A DNA stretch of 64,000 nt from an uncultured virus (IMG/VR IMGVR_UViG_3300042392_001228) (IMGVR_UViG_3300042392_001228:1-64000); one strand, 5' to 3'; counted from the stretch's first letter, positions 45,924 to 54,644 are shown. Notes: a model not told the origin generated them from the sequence alone. Numbers and translations: made by a program.

Positions 45924-47185
45924 TAACTAACACCTTCGTAGAGTATAGAAATAAGCCTTGAAGCATCTTCTTTGCTGATCTTACCCCAGGCACCTTTGTT
46001 GTAAGAGCTGAGCGGTTGGTCTAAACTGTGGGTCACCACCTCAGCAATATCGTCTTTGTTTAGCCCGAGCTTTTCCATCTCGGAGTAAACTTTGATTCGG
46101 TTTCGTATAATCTTCCCGAGGTTTGTTTTGGGGGTAGTACCCTTCGGAGTAACTGTAGCGGATGGTGGCAAGTAAAACTGTTTGTTGTCTCGTGCCTGGA
46201 AATCCCCTGAGTTTTCATTGAGTGGCTTTCTGAGCATTGCACCAGGGGGCAGTAAGTACCTCACCGACAAAACTCCGATGGCCTCTGAGAGGGCGGCACG
46301 AGGGTCGTCCTGTGAAACACCGAAGTCAACAAAACGTGCTTTCCCCCTGTCGTCGATAATTACGTTTCCTACGTGGGCGTCATTATGGGCAACACCCTGC
46401 TCATGGAGTTTCTTTCGTAGAGCGTAGTAAGAGTCTCCCACAGTTGTGTTTCCAACTGGGCTTTCGTAAGAGTCAAAGTCTTCAGCTGGCTTACCCCTTA
46501 CACGGGACATTGCTATTCTTCCAGGGTAGTACCCAGCGTTGTTGAACTCAGCAGACTTATTCATCTCAGCCGAGATTAGCTTGGGGGTTATATCCTTTCC
46601 ACTTAATTTCTCAAGAATTCTCACTTCATTTTCCCCCACCTCTCCCCTTTTCACGACTACGGACGGGGGTGGTTTGGATGCAATTACCGCTCCGTACAAA
46701 CCTGATCCTAACCCCTTTGATCCTGATTCGTACGACTGTTTCCAGTCGTAGCTACCCCCTAACTTTAGGGTTGGTGTAAACTCGGAGTCGAATTCGAGTG
46801 CATTTTGACGTTCTTGAATAGCTGGGCGATCCGCCCTGGTGTGCTTGGCCCATGTGTCAAAGAGTGCCTTTTCAACTTTCGTAGCCCTGTTTATCTCCTC
46901 GTCCGTCATATAATCTTTATTGCGCAGCTCAGCAAGCTGGCGCTCTGCCTCCCGCTTTAACGAGGGGAAGTCATTACCTACCCTGACCTTTGAGTTGGAC
47001 GCTAACGCCTCAATAAGGTCCTTGACCAGCGGGTTTGTCTCGCCACTCTTAGCAACTTTGCCTGCTAATGATCCCTGTAAGTTTTCTACTTGGTGGGATA
47101 GTTTGGGGGTCAAGGAGGCTCTGCACTTAGCCTCGCGGCTAATGCAGGTACCTCCGCAGCTCTTTCCCTTGGTGCAGCGCTTCAT
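45923..47185 (-). CDS. Ser/Thr protein kinase-like protein with N-terminal Cys4 module
   Basis: ATG 47185 MKRCTKGKSCGGTCISREAKC; LGSGLYG, VVKRG, HNDAHVGN, VDFG. Confidence 0.88.
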   Translation of the reverse strand: MKRCTKGKSCGGTCISREAKCRASLTPKLSHQVENLQGSLAGKVAKSGETNPLVKDLIEALASNSKVRVGNDFPSLKREAERQLAELRNKDYMTDEEINRATKVEKALFDTWAKHTRADRPAIQERQNALEFDSEFTPTLKLGGSYDWKQSYESGSKGLGSGLYGAVIASKPPPSVVVKRGEVGENEVRILEKLSGKDITPKLISAEMNKSAEFNNAGYYPGRIAMSRVRGKPAEDFDSYESPVGNTTVGDSYYALRKKLHEQGVAHNDAHVGNVIIDDRGKARFVDFGVSQDDPRAALSEAIGVLSVRYLLPPGAMLRKPLNENSGDFQARDNKQFYLPPSATVTPKGTTPKTNLGKIIRNRIKVYSEMEKLGLNKDDIAEVVTHSLDQPLSSYNKGAWGKISKEDASRLISILYEGVS

Positions 47186-47186
47186 T

Positions 47187-48029
47187 TCACTGTAGCTCTG
47201 GACTCCCTGCCTCACGAGCAATTTTGAACCTTTGTACGGATCCAGCTGCTTCCCTACCATCTTTGTCAGCTTTTATACTTATAAACTTTCCATCGTTAGA
47301 CACCACTTTTCCGGACATCTTATCGCCAGTCTTTTTGTCATAGAAATCTGTGGACATTCCAACTTTCATTTCAGACGCCATGTTGGGGTGCATCACACCT
47401 GCTTGAGCGAATTCCCTATTGTTCACCCAACGGCGGGCAGGTTCTTTAGCTTTTGCTTTGGTTTCGGCTGCGCGTTGAGCCATGGCTTCACTCTTACGTG
47501 CGGCAGGTGTCTTACTGTCGCCCTTGGCCAGTCTCCCTTCCTTTGCATTCGCTTTTTTAATAGCTTCAGCTTCAATCTTGGAGTAAAGGGCTCTCGCCCC
47601 TTCCACGTCGCCTTTCTTTTCTAGACTTGAAAACTGGCTTTTAACCTCGGGAGTGTCAAGCACCTGACGCATTAATCGCCAGGTCGCGTTACTAGTAAGT
47701 CTCTTTTCTTTGATAGCTTCCTTTCTTTCCTTGTTATTTTTAGCTTTCTTCTCTACTGGCTGCTTAGCCTGTTCGGCACCTTTCTTACACTTGCCCCTAG
47801 TACCGTATGCTGATCCATCCGGGCGAACGCAACGTGTGAAGTCATAAGAGCCAAGGAGTGTATTCACCGCTTCTTCAATAAACGGGTACTTATTCCCGTA
47901 ATTTTCAGAGAAGGAGAAACCTTCGGATGCTAACGCATCCGCTTCATTGCGGAGTTCTAAAGCTTCGCCTAAGTTACCTTTCAGTGCTTCTGAAAGGGCT
48001 TCGAGGTAACAATGGTCGAGTTCGTTCAT
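47187..48029 (-). CDS. Effector-family protein (type 2 leader)
   Basis: ..GFSFSEN..SYDFTRCVRPDGSAYGTRGKCKKG. Confidence 0.85.
   Translation of the reverse strand: MNELDHCYLEALSEALKGNLGEALELRNEADALASEGFSFSENYGNKYPFIEEAVNTLLGSYDFTRCVRPDGSAYGTRGKCKKGAEQAKQPVEKKAKNNKERKEAIKEKRLTSNATWRLMRQVLDTPEVKSQFSSLEKKGDVEGARALYSKIEAEAIKKANAKEGRLAKGDSKTPAARKSEAMAQRAAETKAKAKEPARRWVNNREFAQAGVMHPNMASEMKVGMSTDFYDKKTGDKMSGKVVSNDGKFISIKADKDGREAAGSVQRFKIAREAGSPELQ
47856..48029. repeat. 174 bp coding repeat, copy 1
   Basis: 57 of 58 aa identical to 61464..61637. Confidence 0.9.
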
Positions 48030-48080
48030 GGTTAAAATTGTGAAGACTACGGAAGTGCATGTATCTCGCCCCCCCCCCTT

Positions 48081-48088
48081 TTTTACCC
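48081..48088 (-). promoter_or_regulatory. Putative late promoter GGGTAAAA
   Basis: 51 nt upstream of ATG 48029. Confidence 0.65.
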
Positions 48089-48128
48089 TTTAATTAGTAA
48101 CTTTCTTTGTGGGGGCCTTGTACTGGGA

Positions 48129-48563
48129 CTAAGAATCACTAATGGTAGAAAGCAAGTCTTGTAAGCGATCGATACGGGTACTCACAGAGTCAATCCGCTC
48201 TGAGTAAGAAGTTTCCATGCCGGCAGCAATATTGTGGTCGTCAGTGTTCTTTCGAGCCAGGTCAAGCGTTGCCATTTTGCCGTCAATTTCCTCGCGCTCT
48301 TTCACAAGTTTCTTTGTCGCAGCCATCTGCCTTTGAAGTTCTTGAAAAGCTCCCCGCTGTCGAGAGAGTTTCATGGCAAAGCCCAAGTCAGCAATTGCTT
48401 TCGATATCGCTTCGTGCCGCTCGCCCATAGCGCCGTACTCCCCGAAGCTGGGGCGGAGTGTAGATGTAACTGAGGGCTCCATCACAGTTCCTCGGTAGTA
48501 GTCCGTTGGAGTGTGGGAGAAACCTTCAAGCTGAAGTTCGTTCTCAGGGAAGTTAGGATTCAT
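48129..48563 (-). CDS. Hypothetical coiled-coil late protein
   Basis: 144 aa; SFGE and SYSE motifs. Confidence 0.7.
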   Translation of the reverse strand: MNPNFPENELQLEGFSHTPTDYYRGTVMEPSVTSTLRPSFGEYGAMGERHEAISKAIADLGFAMKLSRQRGAFQELQRQMAATKKLVKEREEIDGKMATLDLARKNTDDHNIAAGMETSYSERIDSVSTRIDRLQDLLSTISDS

Positions 48564-48603
48564 AGGTTCCCTTCTTGCGAAAAGAGATTCTTGTTGTACA
48601 TAA

Positions 48604-48611
48604 CTTTACCC
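48604..48611 (-). promoter_or_regulatory. Putative late promoter GGGTAAAG
   Basis: 40 nt upstream of ATG 48563. Confidence 0.7.
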
Positions 48612-48626
48612 TTCAATACTGTGGGT

Positions 48627-49124
48627 CTAGCCGCCAAGCTGACGAATTTGATTCTGTATGGCCTGGCGCCCACTCTCAGTGGTTTGACTCGCTAAGGCTT
48701 TCTTAAGCCCATCAATCCTGTTTGTTTGCACTGCGGGGGATTGTGGCTGGGATGGCTGCTTTGCGGATGGCACCTTCGCCTCTCCTGCAACAGATCCCCA
48801 GGCTACAATTACCGGTTTACCGCCCTTGATGGCCCAGCCGAACTTCTTCCCCTCAACCGTAAAAGCCTTTTTATTGGCTGCGGACGCTTGCTCTTTTGTT
48901 GACGCCCCGGCACCTTGTTTCTGAGCTTCGTTGCTTAGCTGCTCTTCTTGCTTGCTTCTTTTCGATGAGTCGAAGTCTTTGTCCCCGGTTCCCCCGACTT
49001 TTCTACATAAACCGAATACCATCTTCTCATCGGATTCACACGCCGCAAAGTCCCAGTCTACAACATGGTAATGCACTCCTTCTGTGAGGTGATCTACGTT
49101 GGGTACGCTAAAGTCTCCTGTCAT
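48627..49124 (-). CDS. Late protein with divergent DF..C...CRK module
   Basis: MTGDFS..WDFAACESDEKMVFGLCRKVG. Confidence 0.7.
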   Translation of the reverse strand: MTGDFSVPNVDHLTEGVHYHVVDWDFAACESDEKMVFGLCRKVGGTGDKDFDSSKRSKQEEQLSNEAQKQGAGASTKEQASAANKKAFTVEGKKFGWAIKGGKPVIVAWGSVAGEAKVPSAKQPSQPQSPAVQTNRIDGLKKALASQTTESGRQAIQNQIRQLGG

Positions 49125-49145
49125 TCCCTTGGCTCAACTAAGTTG

Positions 49146-49153
49146 TTTTACCC
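49146..49153 (-). promoter_or_regulatory. Putative late promoter GGGTAAAA
   Basis: 21 nt upstream of ATG 49124. Confidence 0.75.
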
Positions 49154-49254
49154 TGCGCCACATTACAGGGTTGACGGTAACTTTGTCGCATTGGATCACC
49201 TCTACAGAAACTACATTCCCCCCAAAGTGTCCAGGGAAAATTCTTTAGTTTAAC

Positions 49255-49596
49255 TTACCATTTTTCCAAATTGGCCCAATAACTACCAGAAGACTTCCCC
49301 TTCGCAATATTAGCAGCATGCCTCGCTTTAAATGACTGCCGTCTGGCTTTATAAGACTCTGACTCACCATCTTTCTTTGGTGACCCTTTCACACCTTGCT
49401 GCCCGAATCGAATCAGCTTACCCCCTTTGGGTGCACCAGGATAGCACGATTTTACAATATGGGAATTTTTCGGATGATTTGGTGTGGAACGGGGGTCGTT
49501 ACAGTCGAGAGAGCTTTTATCTACCTGTTCTGCATACTTTTCCAGTGCAGCCTCTCGAAAAGAAGCGTAGGATGAATTGTCAAAGGATCCCCACAT
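49255..49596 (-). CDS. Basic phage protein (DUF6321-like) with GSF leader
   Basis: MWGSFDNSSYASF..KLIRFGQQG..ARRQSFKARH..YWAN..KW. Confidence 0.7.
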   Translation of the reverse strand: MWGSFDNSSYASFREAALEKYAEQVDKSSLDCNDPRSTPNHPKNSHIVKSCYPGAPKGGKLIRFGQQGVKGSPKKDGESESYKARRQSFKARHAANIAKGKSSGSYWANLEKW

Positions 49597-49600
49597 TGTC

Positions 49601-49981
49601 TCAATCTTCGTATTGCAACGCGTCGGCAACCGAAGTCATGCTGTTCTCAGCCTCAGCCAACTTTGCCGCCATCCACGGACTCAGATTCGTGTAAGGCCCA
49701 ACCAGTTCCAGTATAGTTTCAATATTGTCCCTCATAGATCGCAACTGAGAAATGGCCATGCTGCCGTTCGGTTCGACTTCCCTGTCGTCTTCGGCAGCGT
49801 CTTCGTATTCAGAGTCGGAGTCGTAGTCATCCTCGTCGTCCTCACCCATAAAGAAGGTGTCAGGGTCCCTCCCTGGCTCTTTCTCAAATGCTGGAGCAAC
49901 TCCCATGAAGTTGCTGGGGTTTTCAACCCCGTACTTGTAAGCTCTGTAAGCTTCCGGTGAGAAGGATCCCCAGTGACTCAT
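49601..49981 (-). CDS. Acidic late protein with GSF leader
   Basis: MSHWGSFSPEAYRAY..SMAISQL..LSPWMAAKL. Confidence 0.75.
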   Translation of the reverse strand: MSHWGSFSPEAYRAYKYGVENPSNFMGVAPAFEKEPGRDPDTFFMGEDDEDDYDSDSEYEDAAEDDREVEPNGSMAISQLRSMRDNIETILELVGPYTNLSPWMAAKLAEAENSMTSVADALQYED

Positions 49982-50005
49982 TTCTGTAAGTGGTTAACTA
50001 CCTAA

Positions 50006-50013
50006 CTTTACCC
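50006..50013 (-). promoter_or_regulatory. Putative late promoter GGGTAAAG
   Basis: 24 nt upstream of ATG 49981. Confidence 0.75.
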
Positions 50014-50385
50014 CTAGCTATTAGCGTTCTCCCTATGCCTGTAAAACTGCATAGAAAGCTCTTCCACCTTGTCGACAAGACGGTTGTGGTCTGTCTTCAG
50101 TGTGTACTTCTCAGGAAGTTCCGCTCTCATGTCGTTAAGGGCTTTCTCAACATTCTTAATGTGGGAAAGGACATTCTCGTTTTGAACGGTATTCGCTGCA
50201 ATCAGAGCGTTAATTCTTTTGTCGTTTTCCTCAATAAGACGTTCTATCTTTTGGTCTGCGTTGTTTCTTAGGTACTGAACTCTTTTCTCGTTCTTACCTT
50301 GAATCACAAAGGTGCCACCGACACCTGCAAGACCAGCTGTGAAAATCCAGCCGCAGATTATGAGTGGTATTTCAAAAAGTCCCAT
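50014..50385 (-). CDS. Single-TM coiled-coil membrane protein
   Basis: Hydrophobic N-terminus followed by a heptad-rich region. Confidence 0.65.
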   Translation of the reverse strand: MGLFEIPLIICGWIFTAGLAGVGGTFVIQGKNEKRVQYLRNNADQKIERLIEENDKRINALIAANTVQNENVLSHIKNVEKALNDMRAELPEKYTLKTDHNRLVDKVEELSMQFYRHRENANS

Positions 50386-50387
50386 GT

Positions 50388-51182
50388 TTACTCCGGCAAC
50401 CTTGACTGGCCAGCTTCGACCGCTGCTCTAGCTGCTTTCCTTGAGCTCCCTCTTGCACTCGGAGCCTCTTCGCTGAAGTCTGGGGAAGGCAAGCCCGACT
50501 CCCCTTGCCCCATTCGATCTTTCACCGTTTGAGGGAGACCCGACTCCCAGCCGTACTTCTTAGCAATGCGAATAATCTCTGACATAATTTTGCGAGGGTT
50601 CGCTGCCCTGCCCACGGAAGACCACGCTGCTGACACATCTTGAGCGCTTGCGACGGGAAAGGACATACCGGGCCCAGCAAACTCTCCCCGCTCCTCTCCG
50701 GACTGCAACTTCTGCCTTTTACTCGCGGACCACTCTCGAAAGTCTGCGTCGCTTTTCGCTGCTGCTTTGCAAGAGTCACATTTGCATTTGCCCACTCCTT
50801 TGCAAGTAGCTTGTGAGAAGGGCTGAGGCATAGACATTAGCTCAGTGTCATCGGCAAAGTTATACTCTTTTCTCTTTATTTCTCGAAATGTCTCCATTCT
50901 CGCCCGCTTGCGACCGAAAATCTCTTTCATGGCAGCTTGCCCGTCCGCGTGAGCGTCTCGATCGCGATTAACCAAGTTTTCTTTTTTCAGGCGGCTAGCC
51001 TTATTGGCGTCCAAGAGAGCTTCGTTATGAAAAGACATATTACCGTCTTTGTCGGTTCGCCACTTTTTTCCTGTGCGGTTCATTTCCTCGAGTTTATCTG
51101 TGGAAATAGCTGTAGCCGCGTTCATGGAACCGCCAACTCCCGGCAGGGTTACAGACGAAAAGTCTAAGTTAGCACCGTACAT
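50388..51182 (-). CDS. Late protein with DUF6582-like domain
   Basis: FAGPGMSFPV..DV.AAW..VGRA..I.RIAKKYG; NFAD, DFRE and DFSE motifs. Confidence 0.65.
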   Translation of the reverse strand: MYGANLDFSSVTLPGVGGSMNAATAISTDKLEEMNRTGKKWRTDKDGNMSFHNEALLDANKASRLKKENLVNRDRDAHADGQAAMKEIFGRKRARMETFREIKRKEYNFADDTELMSMPQPFSQATCKGVGKCKCDSCKAAAKSDADFREWSASKRQKLQSGEERGEFAGPGMSFPVASAQDVSAAWSSVGRAANPRKIMSEIIRIAKKYGWESGLPQTVKDRMGQGESGLPSPDFSEEAPSARGSSRKAARAAVEAGQSRLPE

Positions 51183-51205
51183 AGGGGTCTTACGTTGATA
51201 CTAAA

Positions 51206-51213
51206 CTTTACCC
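51206..51213 (-). promoter_or_regulatory. Putative late promoter GGGTAAAG
   Basis: 23 nt upstream of ATG 51182. Confidence 0.75.
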
Positions 51214-51262
51214 TCTTTTTCGCTTAGAAACGGACTCCGGGGTTTACTTATCCACGGGAACC

Positions 51263-51583
51263 TTAGACCTTACTTTCTTCGTCCAGGTTGTCATCTTGTT
51301 TGGTCTTGCGCTTGCGGCCCCCTCGCACAGTTGAAATTATTTCTGAAACATTTTGCCCTGAAGAAGGGACCAAAAGTGCTAAAATTGTAGTGAGTGCTAG
51401 CTTCCCGGTCTCGTTAAATGTGTTGGTCGCATTGTTACAGATGAGGGTTACTTTTGTGGAGTCTTTGTCACGTTCTGCATAGGATTGGCAGGACCACGTT
51501 TGATACCCTACAATTATAAATTGAACCAGGAAGATACCCGCTAATGCTCGAATAAGTAGAGCTCTCTCGTTGAATTGGGTCAT
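51263..51583 (-). CDS. Two-TM membrane protein (holin-like candidate)
   Basis: Two hydrophobic segments and a highly charged C-terminus. Confidence 0.5.
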   Translation of the reverse strand: MTQFNERALLIRALAGIFLVQFIIVGYQTWSCQSYAERDKDSTKVTLICNNATNTFNETGKLALTTILALLVPSSGQNVSEIISTVRGGRKRKTKQDDNLDEESKV

Positions 51584-51604
51584 GCTTACTTCGCCAGTAA
51601 ACAG

Positions 51605-51612
51605 TTTTACCC
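51605..51612 (-). promoter_or_regulatory. Putative late promoter GGGTAAAA
   Basis: 21 nt upstream of ATG 51583; overlaps a Gly-stop. Confidence 0.7.
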
Positions 51613-52287
51613 GTTCAAGGACAGTAAAACCGAGAGAAGAGAAAGGTCACCGAGAAACTTAGCTGAGGTTGCTTGGTCGGTCTGCTCAGAAAATGAAGCC
51701 TCAGAGCTTCTGAATAGCCTCTGTAGCTTCAAAAGGTCGGAGTTGTACTTTCGTGATATGGCGCCCGAAATTTGGGCCACTTTGGGAAGTTTTGACCCTG
51801 CAAAAGCTGCACCAATTCCGGTGAACTTTCCTGCGAGTAGGGGCAGAGCTTGATGAATAATCTCACGACTTTCCTGGTGGGTTAGGAAACTTTCCACACC
51901 TGTGTGGGCACTTTTTCCCAGGAACGCGGCAGAAGCTTCTGTGAGTAGGTCTCTTACAAAGTCCTCACTCGACCTTAAATGTCGAGAGTGAAGTCCCGTG
52001 GCAACCACCGCTTGAATAATAGTCTCTGATAACTTTTCTGTGGTTTCTGGGGGTATGCCGTAGCGAGTTTCTAGGTACTTTGATACCAGGGGGCCAACAA
52101 CTTTCCCAACTTTCCAGGAAGTTACGTTGGCCCCAACATGCTCCCCAAGGTGCAGCAACTTTTCACTGTTACGTGTGAGACTGTCGCTCACTGACGCCGG
52201 CAACTTTTTCTCGCACTTAAAACCCTTGCTTATGCAAGTTGCCGAGCAAGACTTTCCTGCTGTGCATTTTTTCCTAGGGTTGCCCAC
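51607..52287 (-). CDS. Protein with N-terminal Cys4 module
   Basis: KKCTAGKSCSATCISKGFKC; ASFSEQ near C-terminus. Confidence 0.75.
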   Translation of the reverse strand: MGNPRKKCTAGKSCSATCISKGFKCEKKLPASVSDSLTRNSEKLLHLGEHVGANVTSWKVGKVVGPLVSKYLETRYGIPPETTEKLSETIIQAVVATGLHSRHLRSSEDFVRDLLTEASAAFLGKSAHTGVESFLTHQESREIIHQALPLLAGKFTGIGAAFAGSKLPKVAQISGAISRKYNSDLLKLQRLFRSSEASFSEQTDQATSAKFLGDLSLLSVLLSLNG

Positions 52288-52299
52288 TGATTGTTCCCC

Positions 52300-52899
52300 T
52301 TAGTCAAGGTCAGAGTCAAGGTCAGAGTCAAGGTCGTCTTCGAAGAGTTCGTCTTCGCTTTCGCTCAAGAGTTCGTCCACTATGCGGTCAATATCTTCGT
52401 CAGATAGCTCTTCGTCATAGTCGTCTTCCAGTTCTTCCAGTTCGTCCGACTCATCCAGCTCGGATTCTTCGCTCAAGAGCTCGTCAATTAACCGTTCTAC
52501 TTCGTCGTCGGTAAGCTCCGGCTCCCCCTCTTCCCCTATGTCAAAGTAAGCGTCATCGTCGTAGTCGTCCTCTTCGAGTGAGCCCTCAGAAAGATCGTCG
52601 CCCTCTGCAAGAAGCTGGTCAATAAGCTCTTCAAGCTCTTCATCGGAGAGCTCTTCCCCAGGCTCTTCAACTCCCGGTACAAGAACTTGATTTGCTTGAA
52701 AGTCCTTATTTGACCCGTCGTTCGCCTTCCACAGACCAGTGTGCTGAATCCATGGCGAAGTGTTTAGAACTAGGTTAGTGGGAAGGCCCGTGTATTTATC
52801 TGTCTCTTGGTCTTCTGGCTCGAGGATCTGCGCTGCGTAGGCGGCTCTGAACGCCTCAATTGAGTCAGAGTCAAAGTCACCGTTGATTCTGTTGGACAT
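52300..52899 (-). CDS. Highly acidic repeat protein with GDF leader (scaffold/core-like)
   Basis: NGDFDSDSIEAF; three EL[ST]D...I/VD.LL repeats; DLDS tail. Confidence 0.75.
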   Translation of the reverse strand: MSNRINGDFDSDSIEAFRAAYAAQILEPEDQETDKYTGLPTNLVLNTSPWIQHTGLWKANDGSNKDFQANQVLVPGVEEPGEELSDEELEELIDQLLAEGDDLSEGSLEEDDYDDDAYFDIGEEGEPELTDDEVERLIDELLSEESELDESDELEELEDDYDEELSDEDIDRIVDELLSESEDELFEDDLDSDLDSDLD

Positions 52900-52922
52900 T
52901 GTATGGTTTGTGGACTGCTAAA

Positions 52923-52930
52923 CTTTACCC
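52923..52930 (-). promoter_or_regulatory. Putative late promoter GGGTAAAG
   Basis: 23 nt upstream of ATG 52899. Confidence 0.75.
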
Positions 52931-52940
52931 TCCGCCTACC

Positions 52941-53306
52941 TTAGATCGATTCGTACTTGCCTGAAACATCCTGCAGCAATTTCCCGTTACCTTGGAGGTT
53001 CTCTCGGTATTTTTTGATCTCGGACTGGACATCGGCGCGGAACTTTCCTTCCTCGATAAGCTTTCTCTTGCGTTCTTCCTGGGTCTCTTCAGACTTTTCA
53101 ATAAGTCGTCCATCTGCGGTAACTTCAAGGTCGCTTTGTAGCTTCGCCGGGGCAACAGGATTCGGATTCACCTCAAGAGTTAAACGATCAAGCAACTTAT
53201 CGAAGTGGTCTCGAAGTGAGCGGCGACAGATAGCGTTGGCGGATATGTCCATCGGACCGCAAGGTACGCGGTACAGCTTCTCAATTTTGTCTTTGGTCTT
53301 TAGCAC
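52941..53306 (-). CDS. Hypothetical protein
   Basis: 121 aa, GTG start 2 nt after upstream stop. Confidence 0.65.
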   Translation of the reverse strand: MLKTKDKIEKLYRVPCGPMDISANAICRRSLRDHFDKLLDRLTLEVNPNPVAPAKLQSDLEVTADGRLIEKSEETQEERKRKLIEEGKFRADVQSEIKKYRENLQGNGKLLQDVSGKYESI

Positions 53307-53308
53307 AG

Positions 53309-53644
53309 TTAGGCTCCATTACGGGGCTTTTCTACCCATTCCTTGTCGTAGTCGGCGTAATGCCGGCCTTTTTGCTTTTCCTTGAGTGGCTTTGCCGATG
53401 CTTTGTTCGACTCTCTCATACCAAGAATCAAGGTGTCTCGCATTGCTCGGAGTTGCTCGCGAGGGATTGTGCACAGGTTGCTGTCGCGATACGAACGAAA
53501 CTTGTGTGCAACATCTGAGGGGTCGTCACACTGCAAGAAGACGGACCATACCCCGTAGGATTGAGGGTGGCTGAGGGAGCCAGGTGGCAGGCTTTGTTCT
53601 AAGGCCAAGCGGTCGGGGCGAGGGAAGCGAGTGTCTCTCCTCAT
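53309..53644 (-). CDS. Hypothetical protein
   Basis: 111 aa ORF with late motif upstream. Confidence 0.65.
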   Translation of the reverse strand: MRRDTRFPRPDRLALEQSLPPGSLSHPQSYGVWSVFLQCDDPSDVAHKFRSYRDSNLCTIPREQLRAMRDTLILGMRESNKASAKPLKEKQKGRHYADYDKEWVEKPRNGA

Positions 53645-53714
53645 GGTTTTGCCTCAGGGCTGGGCTTTGGCGGGGCACAAATCACGGTGCTATTGTTTTG
53701 CTGGCTATGATGAA

Positions 53715-53722
53715 TTTTACCC
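53715..53722 (-). promoter_or_regulatory. Putative late promoter GGGTAAAA
   Basis: Just downstream of the phoH terminator, 70 nt upstream of ATG 53644. Confidence 0.65.
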
Positions 53723-53735
53723 TCAACCTGCCCCG

Positions 53736-53760
53736 AAAAAAGAGGGGCCTTTCGGCCCCT
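53736..53760 (-). terminator. Intrinsic terminator after phoH
   Basis: AGGGGCC-GAAA-GGCCCCT followed by CTTTTTT. Confidence 0.88.
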
Positions 53761-53796
53761 TGTCTCAGTCGTGTTACCTAGCTAAGGTACGAATTA

Positions 53797-54519
53797 CTAA
53801 GCCTCGTAAGCCTCCAGGATTTCCGCTATAATCCCATTTCTTACAATATCTTCCCTTTCAAACTTAACTCTCCCTACACCCCGAATGGAGGAAAGTCGAT
53901 GGTAGCAGTCTAAGAGTCCGTTTTCAGGTTTAAACACATCGAGGTCAATTTGTCTAGTGTCCCCTGTAATGATAACTTTTGAATCTTTTCCAACCCTACT
54001 AATGACGGTTTTGACGTTTTCGGGCATAGAGTTCTGAGCCTCATCAAAAAGAATCAGACACTCATTTAGCGATCTTCCCCGTAAGTCCTCTAGAAGAGTG
54101 GGCTCTACAATTTTCTTATCAACCAAGTAGTCAGCAGCCCCCCTACTCTTAGTCATTACAACCAAATTGTCGTATACTGGCCCAACAAGAGGTTTCATCT
54201 TTTCCTCAAGCGTTCCAGGCAAGGCACCCCTACTTCTTTGATGAGAGCATCCTACATCACTTCGAATGTAGTAAACTTTCTGTATATTACCCTTTGAAAT
54301 CTCAGTCAAACCCCACCAAAGAGCCACAAGAGTTTTTCCAACTCCGGAGGGTCCAATAGCTATGGTGACTGTATTTTTGTTTAAGGAAGTCCAAAGATCT
54401 TCTTGGCGGTCAGACTTTGAGTAGAAGGGTATGACATCCATACCCCTGCCGTAGGAACGTTCGACCGTTTGAGCTGTTTCAGCGCGACGTGACTTGCGCT
54501 TGTCTCGACTTTTCAACAT
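53797..54519 (-). CDS. phoH: PhoH-family ATPase
   Basis: GPSGVGKT, LPGTLEEKM, LRGRSL, DEAQN, TGDTRQID, DIVRN. Confidence 0.95.
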   Translation of the reverse strand: MLKSRDKRKSRRAETAQTVERSYGRGMDVIPFYSKSDRQEDLWTSLNKNTVTIAIGPSGVGKTLVALWWGLTEISKGNIQKVYYIRSDVGCSHQRSRGALPGTLEEKMKPLVGPVYDNLVVMTKSRGAADYLVDKKIVEPTLLEDLRGRSLNECLILFDEAQNSMPENVKTVISRVGKDSKVIITGDTRQIDLDVFKPENGLLDCYHRLSSIRGVGRVKFEREDIVRNGIIAEILEAYEA

Positions 54520-54644
54520 GGTATAAGAGGATTTGACAACAGTGGATAGCGTGTATTCTTCGTTGATAACCAGGACTACATAATCCTTCTCCCTCTTCGA
54601 AACGTTTGGTAGAGTTTATTGTGAAAGGGAAACCCTACGAGTGA

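Noticed and set aside
47186..47260. Extended N-terminus of kinase 2 containing SYSE
   Set aside because: It overlaps the upstream gene; ATG 47185 directly after the upstream stop is the more plausible start.
49154..49254. Intergenic gaps (also 7212-7275, 32974-33029, 51214-51262) as tRNA or ncRNA
   Set aside because: No cloverleaf, T-loop or other recognisable structure by eye; a covariance-model scan would be needed to exclude them.
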